From NCBI GenBank assembly GCA_036676395.1, contig JAKFCY010000003.1, forward strand, positions 64,001 through 128,000: a stretch of DNA of 64,000 nt. The letters are read 5' to 3'. Positions 54,949-64,000 of this stretch are shown in pieces; the first letter of the stretch is position 1, and each line of letters begins with the position of its first letter. Below the pieces are notes generated by a model. It saw nothing but the letters and a program-made list of their open reading frames with translations. It made no database searches and was not told the DNA's origin. The stretch comes from Bdellovibrio sp. (GTDB taxonomy: Bacteria > Bdellovibrionota > Bdellovibrionia > Bdellovibrionales > Bdellovibrionaceae). The position numbers and the translations under genes are program-made.

Positions 54949-55596
54949 ATGAAAAAAACAATCACTCTAGTTATCACGGCAGCGGCTTTAATTTTATCGA
55001 GCTGTGCTTCTGAAAATAAAAACACTCAAAAAGGTGCTGGTATCGGCGCTTTAGCTGGTGCTGCTGTTGGCGCTATCATTGGTCACCAAACTGGTAACCG
55101 CGCAAAAGGTGCTGCTGCAGGCGCATTACTTGGTGCTGGTATCGGCGGATACGCTGGTCACCGTATGGATCAACAAGCTAAAGAATTAGAAAAAATCGCT
55201 GAAACTAAACGTACTGAACAAGGTTTAGTAACTAAATTAAAAAGCGATATCTTATTTGAAACTGGTAAGGCTGATTTAAAACCAACAGCTAAAACTAATC
55301 TTAAAGAGATGGCTACAATCATGAAAAAATATCCAGAAAACGTTTTAGCCGTTAAAGGTTATACAGACGCAACTGGTACAGATAAAACTAACCAAACTTT
55401 ATCGCAAAAACGTGCTGACGCTGTAAAAAAAGAATTAACAGCTAACGGTATTCCAACAACTGTTGTTTCAACTCAAGGTTTAGGCCCTGCTAACCCAGTA
55501 GCTGACAACACTTCTGCTGACGGCCGCAAACAAAACCGTCGCGTAGAAATCGAAGTAACAGTCGACGAATCAAAAGTTCCTGCTGAGAAAAAATAG
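54949..55596 (+). CDS. OmpA-family lipoprotein with glycine zipper (YiaD-like)
   Basis: Lipobox LSSC; GAxxGAxxG zipper; GYTD..G....N..LS..RA, NRRVEI. Confidence 0.93.
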   Translation: MKKTITLVITAAALILSSCASENKNTQKGAGIGALAGAAVGAIIGHQTGNRAKGAAAGALLGAGIGGYAGHRMDQQAKELEKIAETKRTEQGLVTKLKSDILFETGKADLKPTAKTNLKEMATIMKKYPENVLAVKGYTDATGTDKTNQTLSQKRADAVKKELTANGIPTTVVSTQGLGPANPVADNTSADGRKQNRRVEIEVTVDESKVPAEKK

Positions 55597-55604
55597 GTAA
55601 AATT

Positions 55605-55630
55605 AGGTAGGCCGTCCCTTTTTGGGGAGC
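55605..55630 (+). repeat. 26-bp direct repeat, copy 2 (downstream of OmpA gene)
   Basis: Identical to 54884-54909. Confidence 0.92.
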
Positions 55631-55643
55631 TACGAGTCACAAT

Positions 55644-55676
55644 AAAAACCCACGTCTATAAAACGTGGGTTTTTTT
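55644..55676. terminator. Bidirectional intrinsic terminator
   Basis: AAAAACCCACGT-ctataaa-ACGTGGGTTTTTTT. Confidence 0.88.
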
Positions 55677-55740
55677 ATGCCTGAGCGATGATACCTGAAC
55701 CGCTTAATAAAATCAGCGTTGCGAAAGCTACTTCTTTCAT
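55675..55740 (-). CDS. 21-aa hydrophobic peptide or signal-peptide-only gene remnant
   Basis: AAGGAG-N6-ATG; MKEVAFATLILLSGSGIIAQA*; stop abuts the terminator. Confidence 0.45.
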   Translation of the reverse strand: MKEVAFATLILLSGSGIIAQA

Positions 55741-55846
55741 AGAAATCTCCTTGTTAAAGACATTTCTAGCGCTGAATTAAGCATTAATATAATGAATAAA
55801 AGCTTATTTTATAATAAGCAAAATTAATGATTTAGCCCGCAAAACA

Positions 55847-56602
55847 CTATTTGCCTAATAGAATCATATAATCAGCATCACCAGTGATATCCATTAATCC
55901 AATGCGTGGAGCCGGAACTTGTTGTAGTTTTACTAAATCAATACGGCGACGAATCGCTCGTGATTTATTGATTATGCCACACGCCCAGGGTGAAGTTCCG
56001 GTTTTATCTTCGGTGTCACACTTAAATAAAGTCTGGCGCTCCTCTTCAAGAACAGCCGGAAAAAATCCAAGCGAAAAAGCGAAGGGTTTAAGTTGTGTAA
56101 GTTCTTTGATTTTTCCATGCGGGTTAGCCTGAATAAAATTTGTAGAATAAATGGCGGCCGTAATCACTAAAATCTTTTTATCTTTGTTGGCGTTAATTAG
56201 TTCTGCGGCTTCAACGAAATTTTCTTTTAAAAGTATTTCGTGAGTCATCCCAAATTCTTTTTCGATTTCTGCAGCTAACATTAATTCTTTATCAACGATA
56301 ACGAGATCGAAAGGCCCATTCTGCTTTTCAATTTCTTGTTTCAGTAACTGACTAAGATCAATTTGAGCTTTGTTTTCTGGTTCATAGCCGATCCAAAAAT
56401 ACTTTTGTTTGCCGATTTCTGTCTGTAAACTTTGTTCAATCGAAGTTACAAATTCGGCGTTATCTTTAAAGTAACTTAATTTAATTTTTGGAACAGAGGT
56501 TTGCGAATCTGCCCCCGAAAAATGAATCACCAGTGCTCCTGCCACGAGGCACAAGAGCAGCGTAAACAAAATTGGGCGATAACTAGGCTTTTGTTTGTTC
56601 AT
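55847..56602 (-). CDS. Membrane-anchored or exported hypothetical protein
   Basis: 251-aa ORF with N-terminal hydrophobic segment. Confidence 0.7.
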   Translation of the reverse strand: MNKQKPSYRPILFTLLLCLVAGALVIHFSGADSQTSVPKIKLSYFKDNAEFVTSIEQSLQTEIGKQKYFWIGYEPENKAQIDLSQLLKQEIEKQNGPFDLVIVDKELMLAAEIEKEFGMTHEILLKENFVEAAELINANKDKKILVITAAIYSTNFIQANPHGKIKELTQLKPFAFSLGFFPAVLEEERQTLFKCDTEDKTGTSPWACGIINKSRAIRRRIDLVKLQQVPAPRIGLMDITGDADYMILLGK

Positions 56603-56782
56603 AGTGTGATATCCTTTATGTACGTGTATTTAAACGCTTTTGGGCAAAATACTCTATTGCGTTTGAAATAAAAAGTGTTATGTTTCGGGCATAGAGTATA
56701 GACTCTAAGTAAAGCGAATAAGCTTTAAATATTTAATTGGACTTGATCGAAAGTTAGATAATCGACAGGTACCGGAGAAAAT

Positions 56783-57463
56783 ATGGAAAATGTTCTAATT
56801 ATAGGCCACGGCCGACTTGCGAAGCATCTGATTCATTGGTGCTCTCTATTACAAAAAAATGTCAGTCATTGGCATCGTGCTGATGCAGCAAAACCCCTTA
56901 ATTTAAAAAATATCGATTATATTTGGTTAGCGATTAGCGATAACGCCTTGATTTCTTTTTACGAAGAATCACTAAAACCTGTTTTATCAGGCCAAAAAGT
57001 TGTGCACTTCAGCGGAACCGTGCATCACGCAGAGATGATCTCAGCTCATCCGTTAATGACTTTTTCTCACGATCTTTATGATCTAGCGACATACAACAAA
57101 ATTTATTTCGGTTTAACTGGAACGGATTCCTTAGCTGAAGCCTTACCGGGTTTCACCAATCTATCTTTTAAAGTGCGTGCCGAAGATAAACCACTTTATC
57201 ACGCTCTATGCGTAACTGCCGGCAATTTGCCTCAACTCATCTGGAGCGAAACTGAAGCGCAGTTTGCGGATTTGAAAATCCCTAAAGCCGCAGTTAAAAA
57301 TTTCTTACAGCAAGGTTTAACTAATTTTTTCGCTCTTGGTCCAAGTGCCGTGACTGGGCCGATCGTGCGTAAAGACACTGCGACGATTGCAAAAAATCTT
57401 TCTGCTTTAGAAAAAGTGAATTTAAAACTTAAAAATATTTATCAAAGTTTTTTACAAGGATAA
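56783..57463 (+). CDS. Rossmann-like + DUF2520 protein, probable PanG-type ketopantoate reductase
   Basis: IIGHGRLA, AISD, VHFSG, HPLMTF, YHA, TGPIVRKD; first gene of the pan operon. Confidence 0.75.
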   Translation: MENVLIIGHGRLAKHLIHWCSLLQKNVSHWHRADAAKPLNLKNIDYIWLAISDNALISFYEESLKPVLSGQKVVHFSGTVHHAEMISAHPLMTFSHDLYDLATYNKIYFGLTGTDSLAEALPGFTNLSFKVRAEDKPLYHALCVTAGNLPQLIWSETEAQFADLKIPKAAVKNFLQQGLTNFFALGPSAVTGPIVRKDTATIAKNLSALEKVNLKLKNIYQSFLQG

Positions 57464-57467
57464 TGCC

Positions 57468-58259
57468 ATGAAAACAATTCTGGATTTCGCTAATAAAAAA
57501 GTTAAAAAAGAAAAATTCTCGATGGTCACTTGTTACGACTACGGTTTTGCAAAAATCGTGGCCGAATCAAAGGTAGATACCATTTTAGTCGGAGATTCAT
57601 TAGCGCAAGTTATCCACGGGTTTCCCAACACTCTTCATGCAACGATTGAAATGATGGCGCTCCACACAGCGGCTGTGGCTCGCGGTGCCGGAAATAAATT
57701 TATCGTGGCTGATATGCCCTTCATGTCGACGCGCAAAGGTTTAGAAACCGCAATGAATGATGTGCAAAAGTTAATGGTTGCAGGTGCGCATGCGGTAAAA
57801 ATTGAAAATGCTGATGGCCATGCTGAATTAATTAAACACATTGTTGAATCAGGTGTTCCTGTGATGGGCCATTTAGGCTTAACGCCGCAATCGATTCATC
57901 AATTGGGCGGCCCTAAAATTCAAGGCCGTACCCAAAACAGTGCCGAAAAATTATTGAACGATGCTTTCATCATGGAACAAGCTGGTTGTTTTTCATTAGT
58001 GCTTGAATGTATTCCATCAGTGTTAGCCGCAAAAGTAACTGAAAGTTTAAAAATTTCTACAATCGGAATTGGTGCGGGTGTTGAAACCGACGGCCAAGTT
58101 CTGGTGTTAAACGATATGTTAGGCATGACTCCGGATTTTAGCCCAAAATTTTTAAAGAAATTTGGCCAAGGTCATGACCACACTTTAACAGCATTAAACC
58201 AATACGCCACTGAAGTAAGTGATAAGTCATTTCCTAAACCAGAAAATGGGTATGAGTAA
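57468..58259 (+). CDS. panB: 3-methyl-2-oxobutanoate hydroxymethyltransferase
   Basis: TCYD, LVGDSL, ADMPF, GHLGLTPQS, IGIGAG..DGQVLV. Confidence 0.97.
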   Translation: MKTILDFANKKVKKEKFSMVTCYDYGFAKIVAESKVDTILVGDSLAQVIHGFPNTLHATIEMMALHTAAVARGAGNKFIVADMPFMSTRKGLETAMNDVQKLMVAGAHAVKIENADGHAELIKHIVESGVPVMGHLGLTPQSIHQLGGPKIQGRTQNSAEKLLNDAFIMEQAGCFSLVLECIPSVLAAKVTESLKISTIGIGAGVETDGQVLVLNDMLGMTPDFSPKFLKKFGQGHDHTLTALNQYATEVSDKSFPKPENGYE

Positions 58260-59018
58260 ATGAAACAGACTAAAGTGATCGAACGACCGCAAGATTTGAT
58301 TGAATACCGTAAAAAGTATTCTTCGATTGGTTTCGTACCAACGATGGGCGCTTTACATGCCGGTCATGCAAGCCTGATGAAACAAGCAAGTTCAGAAAAT
58401 GAACTGACTATCGCTAGTATTTTTGTGAACCCTACGCAGTTTAACAATGCGACTGATTTAGAAAAGTATCCAAAAACTTTCGAAAACGATTTAAAGATCG
58501 CTTCTGAAAATGGCGTAGATATTTTATTTTTTCCGCAATATGCAGATATTTATCCAGACGGTTACCGTTTTAAAGTTACAGAAAATGATTTTTCGACAAA
58601 ACTTTGCGGGGCTCACCGTCCAGGTCATTTTGATGGTGTATTAACTGTTGTTCTTAAATTATTACAAATCACTGGATGCACTAAAGCGTATTTTGGTCTT
58701 AAAGATCACCAGCAATATAAATTAATCAGTGATATGGCGAAAAGTTTGTTTTTACCAATTGAAATTATTGGTTTACCGACAGTGCGTGAAGCTTCTGGCT
58801 TAGCTATGAGTTCGCGTAATATGCGTTTAAGCCCTGAAGGTAAAGACAAAGCAAGTCTGATCTATAAAACGATCACGCAAAAAATTACTCCACAAGAAGC
58901 TAACCAGATTTTAACGAAAAATGGTTTTGTGGTGGATTACTTAGAAGATATCGCAGATCACAGATACGTAGCTGCAAGCTTAGAAGGGATCAGGTTGATT
59001 GATAATGTTGAAATCTAA
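58260..59018 (+). CDS. panC: Pantoate--beta-alanine ligase
   Basis: GFVPTMGALHAGH, FVNPTQF, RPGHFDGV, GLAMSSRN, RLIDN. Confidence 0.97.
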   Translation: MKQTKVIERPQDLIEYRKKYSSIGFVPTMGALHAGHASLMKQASSENELTIASIFVNPTQFNNATDLEKYPKTFENDLKIASENGVDILFFPQYADIYPDGYRFKVTENDFSTKLCGAHRPGHFDGVLTVVLKLLQITGCTKAYFGLKDHQQYKLISDMAKSLFLPIEIIGLPTVREASGLAMSSRNMRLSPEGKDKASLIYKTITQKITPQEANQILTKNGFVVDYLEDIADHRYVAASLEGIRLIDNVEI

Positions 59019-60213
59019 CACAAACCCGAAGTTATTATTTATCCTGACTGGATCAATTGCTTTATACAAAGTAATGAATGTTCTTAGTCATTTTAAAAAA
59101 CTAAATTATCAAATTAAAGTTGTAGCCACAGAATCAGCCTTAAAGTTTGTTGGCGTTTCTACAATCGAAGGTTTAACTTCTGAAAAAGTGCATGTCGATC
59201 TATATGCTAACGGATCAAATATGGATCATATCCATTTAGTTCGTTGGGCTGATGCTATTGTGGTGGCACCAGCAACAGCAAATTACATTAATAAATTAGC
59301 TACCGGCATTGCCGATGATTTAGCTTCAACTTTATTTTTAGCGCATGATTTTACTAAACCCTTTGCGGTGTTTCCGGCGATGAATACAAAAATGTACCAA
59401 CACCCGTCGACACAAAAATCAATTAGCCAGTTAAAATTTTGGGGCGTTGAGATATTAGAATCAGCTTCTGGCGTATTAGCCTGCGGTGAAATCGGAGTCG
59501 GTCGCTTACTTGAACCTGAACAAATGATCACAGCGATTGAGAACTTACAATGGCCAGTTAATGTAACTAAACCGACTGGCACGCCAATCACAAAAGCTAA
59601 AAAGATTTTAATTTCTTCTGGCGGCACGCAAGAGCCAATTGATGATATTCGCGTCATTACGAACAAAAGCAGCGGTAAAACAGCAGCTCAGATCGCTGAT
59701 CAATTTATCGCTAATGGTTTTACCGTGACGTACTTAGCTGCAGAAACGGCGAAATTGCCAACTTTAGAATGTGAAGTAATTAGGTACACAAGTTTTCAAA
59801 GTTTAGAAAAAAAATTACGCGAGCTTTTACCACAAAACTATTCTACTTTCATTCATGCAGCTGCTGTCAGCGATTATTCAGTGGTGCCGACCGAAGGTAA
59901 AATCAATTCTGATAGCGAAGAATTAACGATTAAACTTAAACGTAACCCTAAATTGATCGATTTAGTTAAAAAATTAAGTCCAACAACAAAATTAGTCGGC
60001 TTTAAATTAACTTCTACAACCGATGAAAAACTAGTTTCTGCGAAGATCACTAAACTTTTTGAAAATTCAAAATGTGATGTTGTCATTCATAATGACTGGC
60101 CATCAGTGAACTCGGATAAACACTTATTTAACATGCACAGTAAAACTAATCCTGTAAAAACAAACTTAACCCTTGATGATCTTGCGCAAGAACTCATTAC
60201 GGAGGCTTTATGA
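59005..60213 (+). CDS. coaBC: Phosphopantothenoylcysteine decarboxylase/ligase
   Basis: [52 protein letters not shown]. Confidence 0.95.
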   Translation: MLKSNTNPKLLFILTGSIALYKVMNVLSHFKKLNYQIKVVATESALKFVGVSTIEGLTSEKVHVDLYANGSNMDHIHLVRWADAIVVAPATANYINKLATGIADDLASTLFLAHDFTKPFAVFPAMNTKMYQHPSTQKSISQLKFWGVEILESASGVLACGEIGVGRLLEPEQMITAIENLQWPVNVTKPTGTPITKAKKILISSGGTQEPIDDIRVITNKSSGKTAAQIADQFIANGFTVTYLAAETAKLPTLECEVIRYTSFQSLEKKLRELLPQNYSTFIHAAAVSDYSVVPTEGKINSDSEELTIKLKRNPKLIDLVKKLSPTTKLVGFKLTSTTDEKLVSAKITKLFENSKCDVVIHNDWPSVNSDKHLFNMHSKTNPVKTNLTLDDLAQELITEAL

Positions 60214-60980
60214 TTTTATCTTTAGATGTTGGTAACACACAAATTTACGGCGGAGTCTTTGAAGGCGATAAAATGCTTATCGCGTTTCGTAAAAATTCAA
60301 AATCTGGTTCGTCTTCAGACGAAGTGGGCATTTTCTTACGAACTGTAATTAAAGAAAATGGCCTTGACCCTAAAAAAATTGAAAAAATTGTTTTATGTTC
60401 AGTCGTTCCTGAAGTGATTTATTCGCTTAAAGGGGCCTGCCAAAAATATTTCGGGATTAACCCATTTATTTTACAAGCCGGTGTTAAAACTGGTTTAAAA
60501 ATTAAATACCGTAACCCGCTTGAAGTAGGTGCTGATCGTATTGCCAATGCCGTAGCTGCTACGCAAATGCACCCACAGAAAAACTTAGTTATCGTAGATC
60601 TTGGCACTGCCACTACATTTTGCGCAGTGAGTGCCGATCGTGATTATTTAGGTGGATCAATTATCGCTGGTCTTAAATTAAGCATGGAATCTTTAGAAGC
60701 AAAAACCGCGAAACTTCCTTCTGTCGAGATCGTGCCGCGTACTGAAGCGTTAGGTCTATCAACAGTTGAAAGTTTGCAATCAGGGCTTTATTACGGCCAT
60801 CTGGGTGCTATGCGCGAGATCATCAGTAAAATTTCACAAGAATGTTTTAAAGGCGAAAAACCTTTTGTGATCGGCACTGGTGGTTTTTCATCGTTATTTG
60901 AAAAAGAAAAAATATTTGATCTGATTGCTCCAGATCTAGTATTAAAAGGCAACTTGATCGCATTAGAGAAAAATACGTAA
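60210..60980 (+). CDS. coaX: Type III pantothenate kinase
   Basis: LDVGNT, SVVP, GADR, DLGTATT, TGG. Confidence 0.96.
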   Translation: MILSLDVGNTQIYGGVFEGDKMLIAFRKNSKSGSSSDEVGIFLRTVIKENGLDPKKIEKIVLCSVVPEVIYSLKGACQKYFGINPFILQAGVKTGLKIKYRNPLEVGADRIANAVAATQMHPQKNLVIVDLGTATTFCAVSADRDYLGGSIIAGLKLSMESLEAKTAKLPSVEIVPRTEALGLSTVESLQSGLYYGHLGAMREIISKISQECFKGEKPFVIGTGGFSSLFEKEKIFDLIAPDLVLKGNLIALEKNT

Positions 60981-60993
60981 AGGAAACTGCATT

Positions 60994-61377
60994 ATGAAAA
61001 TCGATATGATGTATTCAAAAATTCACCGCGCAACAGTTACTGGTGCAGATTTAATGTATGAAGGATCAGTTTCTATTGATACGGCCTTACTTAAAAAAGC
61101 AAAAATGTACTTAAATCAAAAAGTCGACATTGTTAATTGCAACAACGGAGCTCGCTTTAGCACTTATATCATCGCTGGTAAAAAAGGCGAAGTTTGCCTA
61201 AACGGTGCAGCGGCAAGGCTTGTGCAAAAAGGCGATAAAGTAATTATTATTACATATGCTTCAATTGATATTGAAAAAGCTGAAAAGCACGAACCGACTG
61301 TGGTTTTTGTTGATGAAAAAAATCAGTTCGTTGAAAAGAAAAAACAAGAAAAACGCGCTACCAAAAGTAAGTACTAG
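60994..61377 (+). CDS. panD: Aspartate 1-decarboxylase
   Basis: SKIHRATVT, YEGS (Gly-Ser cleavage site), NGARFSTY, NGAAAR. Confidence 0.97.
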   Translation: MKIDMMYSKIHRATVTGADLMYEGSVSIDTALLKKAKMYLNQKVDIVNCNNGARFSTYIIAGKKGEVCLNGAAARLVQKGDKVIIITYASIDIEKAEKHEPTVVFVDEKNQFVEKKKQEKRATKSKY

Positions 61378-61385
61378 GTAGCGGC

Positions 61386-62516
61386 TTACCGTCTAACCGG
61401 AATCGGCTGTAAATACATGCCGCCTGATTTAATTAAAATATTCCAAGTCTTTTTCATTGAATCAATTTCAGTGCGCAACAAATCCATTTCGAATTTTAAT
61501 TGAGCAATTTTTTCGTCGTAATTTTTTTGGCAGCTTAGTTTGTATTCAGCTTTTGTTTGGTCAAACTTCTTTTGCGCTTCTACGATTTTAGCTGAAAGAG
61601 GCTCAAGCTTTTCTTTGTAGAACTGAGAATTCTGAAAATTTTCTGATTCAGCTTCTAATTTCGCACGCAAAATTTCAGAGAACTGAACTGTTTTTAATTT
61701 TCTGGCTAATCCCATTAACGAAGCTAATTGGATAGACCATTTGGTTGGATCCCAGTGATACCACTTGATGCCATTACGGTAGTCGAATTGAAACTTGTGA
61801 TGAAAGTTATGGTAACCTTCGCCATGTGTTAAAAACGCCATAATAATAGAATCTTTAGCTGTCAGATCCTTTGAATACGGAGTGTTTCCTAAAGTATGCG
61901 CTAAAGAATTAATAAAGAATGTTGATTGCTGAGTTAAGAAAATTCTAATGCCGCCAGCGATCACTAAACCTAAAAGCGCATTACCTAACATCGCACCCAC
62001 AACCAGAGGCATCATGTAACCAACGCCGATGGCCCAGATCATGTAGTAGTCGTGCTGCATTTTAACTAATTTATTTTTTTCTAAATCAGGAGCTTGAATC
62101 GGAAGACTGACTGAATCGTGCAACATCATCCAACCCATGTGCGCGTAGAAAAATCCACGTTTGATTGAATACGGATCTTTATCAGTGTCTTCAAAACGAT
62201 GATGAATACGGTGATCGCTTGACCATTTTAAGCATGAACCTTGAAATGCACCCGCTCCGATTAAAAGTAAGATCGCTTCTAAAACCGGATGAGCTTCATA
62301 AGATTTATGCGAGAATAAACGGTGGTAACCCATCGTGATACTTAAATTCGTAGCAATGGCGAAAACTAAACCGAATAAAGTGATCCAACCAATGTGACCA
62401 GCTGTGTAGCTGTTAGAGAACACAAGATATAATACAAGTGTAACGATAGAGATAATCGGATTTAAGACCAAAAATAAAGTCACCGACCAACAGATTTTTT
62501 TTAAATTATTTGTCAT
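61386..62516 (-). CDS. Acyl-CoA/acyl-lipid delta-9-type fatty acid desaturase
   Basis: His boxes GYHRLFSH, HRIHH, GEGYHNFHH; WDPTKW. Confidence 0.93.
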   Translation of the reverse strand: MTNNLKKICWSVTLFLVLNPIISIVTLVLYLVFSNSYTAGHIGWITLFGLVFAIATNLSITMGYHRLFSHKSYEAHPVLEAILLLIGAGAFQGSCLKWSSDHRIHHRFEDTDKDPYSIKRGFFYAHMGWMMLHDSVSLPIQAPDLEKNKLVKMQHDYYMIWAIGVGYMMPLVVGAMLGNALLGLVIAGGIRIFLTQQSTFFINSLAHTLGNTPYSKDLTAKDSIIMAFLTHGEGYHNFHHKFQFDYRNGIKWYHWDPTKWSIQLASLMGLARKLKTVQFSEILRAKLEAESENFQNSQFYKEKLEPLSAKIVEAQKKFDQTKAEYKLSCQKNYDEKIAQLKFEMDLLRTEIDSMKKTWNILIKSGGMYLQPIPVRR

Positions 62517-62589
62517 GGGTTTAATACTACCCGTAATCGAAAGGATAGTTTAGTGAAATTTCCTTTAACCCTGTCAGGATATCTACATC

Positions 62590-63999
62590 TTAGTTTGTTT
62601 TCTGCGGAGCCTCGACTCTAAAAAACTCAATCGCGTCTATAACCGCTTTAGGCTTATAAAATTGATACTTTTCATTCCATTGAACGTCTTGCCAACCGAG
62701 CAGCTGAAACTCACGCTGCGTAACATCCCGATTTTGCACAAGTTCGAAAAAATTTTTAATGTGCTGAAGTTCATTCAGGCGTTGCTGCAACGAAGGCAGG
62801 TGAAACTGGATGAAAGCTAATTGAGATTCAGTTTTGGTAAACTCTTGAGCACCATACTTTAAAAGCATGTCAAAAGCGTAACTTTGCTGACTATTACACC
62901 CCTTAATCATCAATAATTTTTCAGAATTGCCAGCGAATTGACCTATCGCGATTTCTTTTAAGATCGGACAGGCAAAAAACACATGCTGGCGAATTTTAAC
63001 CTGGTCAAAAATCTTAAGCGAAAGTCCGCTGCGCGAAGGTAAAATCCAGATCTGATCTTTGTCTTTAACGGCCACCTGTAAGTTTAAATTCTGTCTGGAT
63101 GCAGCTTCTAGTGATTTAAATAAAGGTGAACTCGGCTCTAAGTGGTCCGGAAACTCTACAAGCACATCAAAATAGGCTTCAGCAAAGGAATCCGAAACCC
63201 CGTGACTTTGCAAGTACTGGTTAAGGCGCGCGATAAACCTGCGCTGCGGATAACTGGCTTCTTGCTTTAAACTAAACTGCTCGGCAAAAACTTTAAGGAT
63301 GGTTAATCCTTCTTTTAAGGAATTATCCTGATCTAATAAAAACTCAATCGCTTTTTCTGAATCTACTGAGCGTTCAGCCACTAACCGTGGAATTTCTTGT
63401 AAAAAATTATTCTGTTCGCTGTAGCTTAACGAATCATATGCAGCCACTAAGCTTGAAGTTAAAAGCGGACGTAAGCTCATCGTTAAAAGTTGTTTTCGAT
63501 TATGCCCTAATCCATCAAGACTGGCACAGCGTTGAAAATCTTCTGAACTGCGCCAGGCTGATTCACAATACACATCTAAATTTTTTAATACCTGTGGCCA
63601 TTTAGCTAAACCTAATTCAGGAAACAACTGCGTCACCGGATCTTGGCGATCTATTTGACCAAACGTTGCGTAATAAATTAAATCCGCTAACGACTTATCA
63701 AATAGTTTTAGTTTTGCATCTTGGTTGTTAGCACTTTGTAACCATAACCGAATAATCGCTTGCTCAAGGTGACCCTTTGCTAAGGCCAAACTTTTACCAA
63801 TGCGAATCTGATTTTGTTCGACCTGAAAAATAAGTGGGTTAGTTTCATCGATCACTAAGTGCACGCTAGTCTGACTTGGTTTAATACGATTGAGCACCAT
63901 TGATAGTTGATTTAAACGAGACTCTAAAGCTTCAGCATAATTGTTAAGATTTTCTGAGTATTCGGCAGCTTTGCGTTTTGAACAGGTATAAACTGATTC
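62590..63999 (-). CDS. Hypothetical protein, start lies beyond the window end
   Basis: Frame remains open from 63900 to the window edge; no motif recognised. Confidence 0.7.
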   Translation of the reverse strand, partial: ESVYTCSKRKAAEYSENLNNYAEALESRLNQLSMVLNRIKPSQTSVHLVIDETNPLIFQVEQNQIRIGKSLALAKGHLEQAIIRLWLQSANNQDAKLKLFDKSLADLIYYATFGQIDRQDPVTQLFPELGLAKWPQVLKNLDVYCESAWRSSEDFQRCASLDGLGHNRKQLLTMSLRPLLTSSLVAAYDSLSYSEQNNFLQEIPRLVAERSVDSEKAIEFLLDQDNSLKEGLTILKVFAEQFSLKQEASYPQRRFIARLNQYLQSHGVSDSFAEAYFDVLVEFPDHLEPSSPLFKSLEAASRQNLNLQVAVKDKDQIWILPSRSGLSLKIFDQVKIRQHVFFACPILKEIAIGQFAGNSEKLLMIKGCNSQQSYAFDMLLKYGAQEFTKTESQLAFIQFHLPSLQQRLNELQHIKNFFELVQNRDVTQREFQLLGWQDVQWNEKYQFYKPKAVIDAIEFFRVEAPQKTN

Positions 64000-64000
64000 G

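Noticed and set aside
56603..56782. pan RNA motif or riboswitch upstream of the pantothenate operon
   Set aside because: Only short AT-rich hairpins are visible and I cannot match them to the motif by eye.
278..63605. Many 60-130 aa ORFs in the track overlapping long genes (e.g. 278-640, 7446-7673, 33872-34183, 48900-49289, 59283-59666)
   Set aside because: Antisense or off-frame shadows of well-supported genes with no recognisable motifs.
1..64000. tRNA, rRNA, prophage or transposase genes
   Set aside because: No cloverleaf or rRNA-like segment in the short intergenic gaps and no phage or transposase motifs in any ORF.

Overview
AT-rich, gene-dense bacterial chromosome segment. Gene content (GYF/PilZ proteins, REC-GGDEF with the Hypr serine, Pif1 helicase, many secreted hypotheticals) points to a predatory Bdellovibrionales organism; this is an inference. 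Housekeeping and metabolic genes include trxB, trmB, leuS, speA, agmatinase, a peptide ABC transporter, rsmG, a DksA-family gene, xth, hldD, phhA/hppD/hmgA, ribD, a panG-like-panB-panC-coaBC-coaX-panD operon and a fatty-acid desaturase. I found no rRNA, tRNA, CRISPR array or transposase. Most notable: (1) a mirror-image cluster at 1-9 kb with two FecR + TPR/beta-barrel pairs converging on one CHASE2 adenylate cyclase, plus two paralogous GYF-PilZ proteins, a candidate trans-envelope cyclic-nucleotide signalling system; (2) an unannotated ~95-nt candidate sigma28-driven sRNA with a CU-rich anti-SD-like loop at ~21.5-21.6 kb; (3) a Hypr-type (3',3'-cGAMP) GGDEF; (4) short repeats placed at gene ends, including an exact 26-bp direct repeat bracketing an OmpA lipoprotein gene; (5) many apparently leaderless genes and a stem that could mask the speA ribosome-binding site. 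All family calls come from motif recognition by eye, not database searches.
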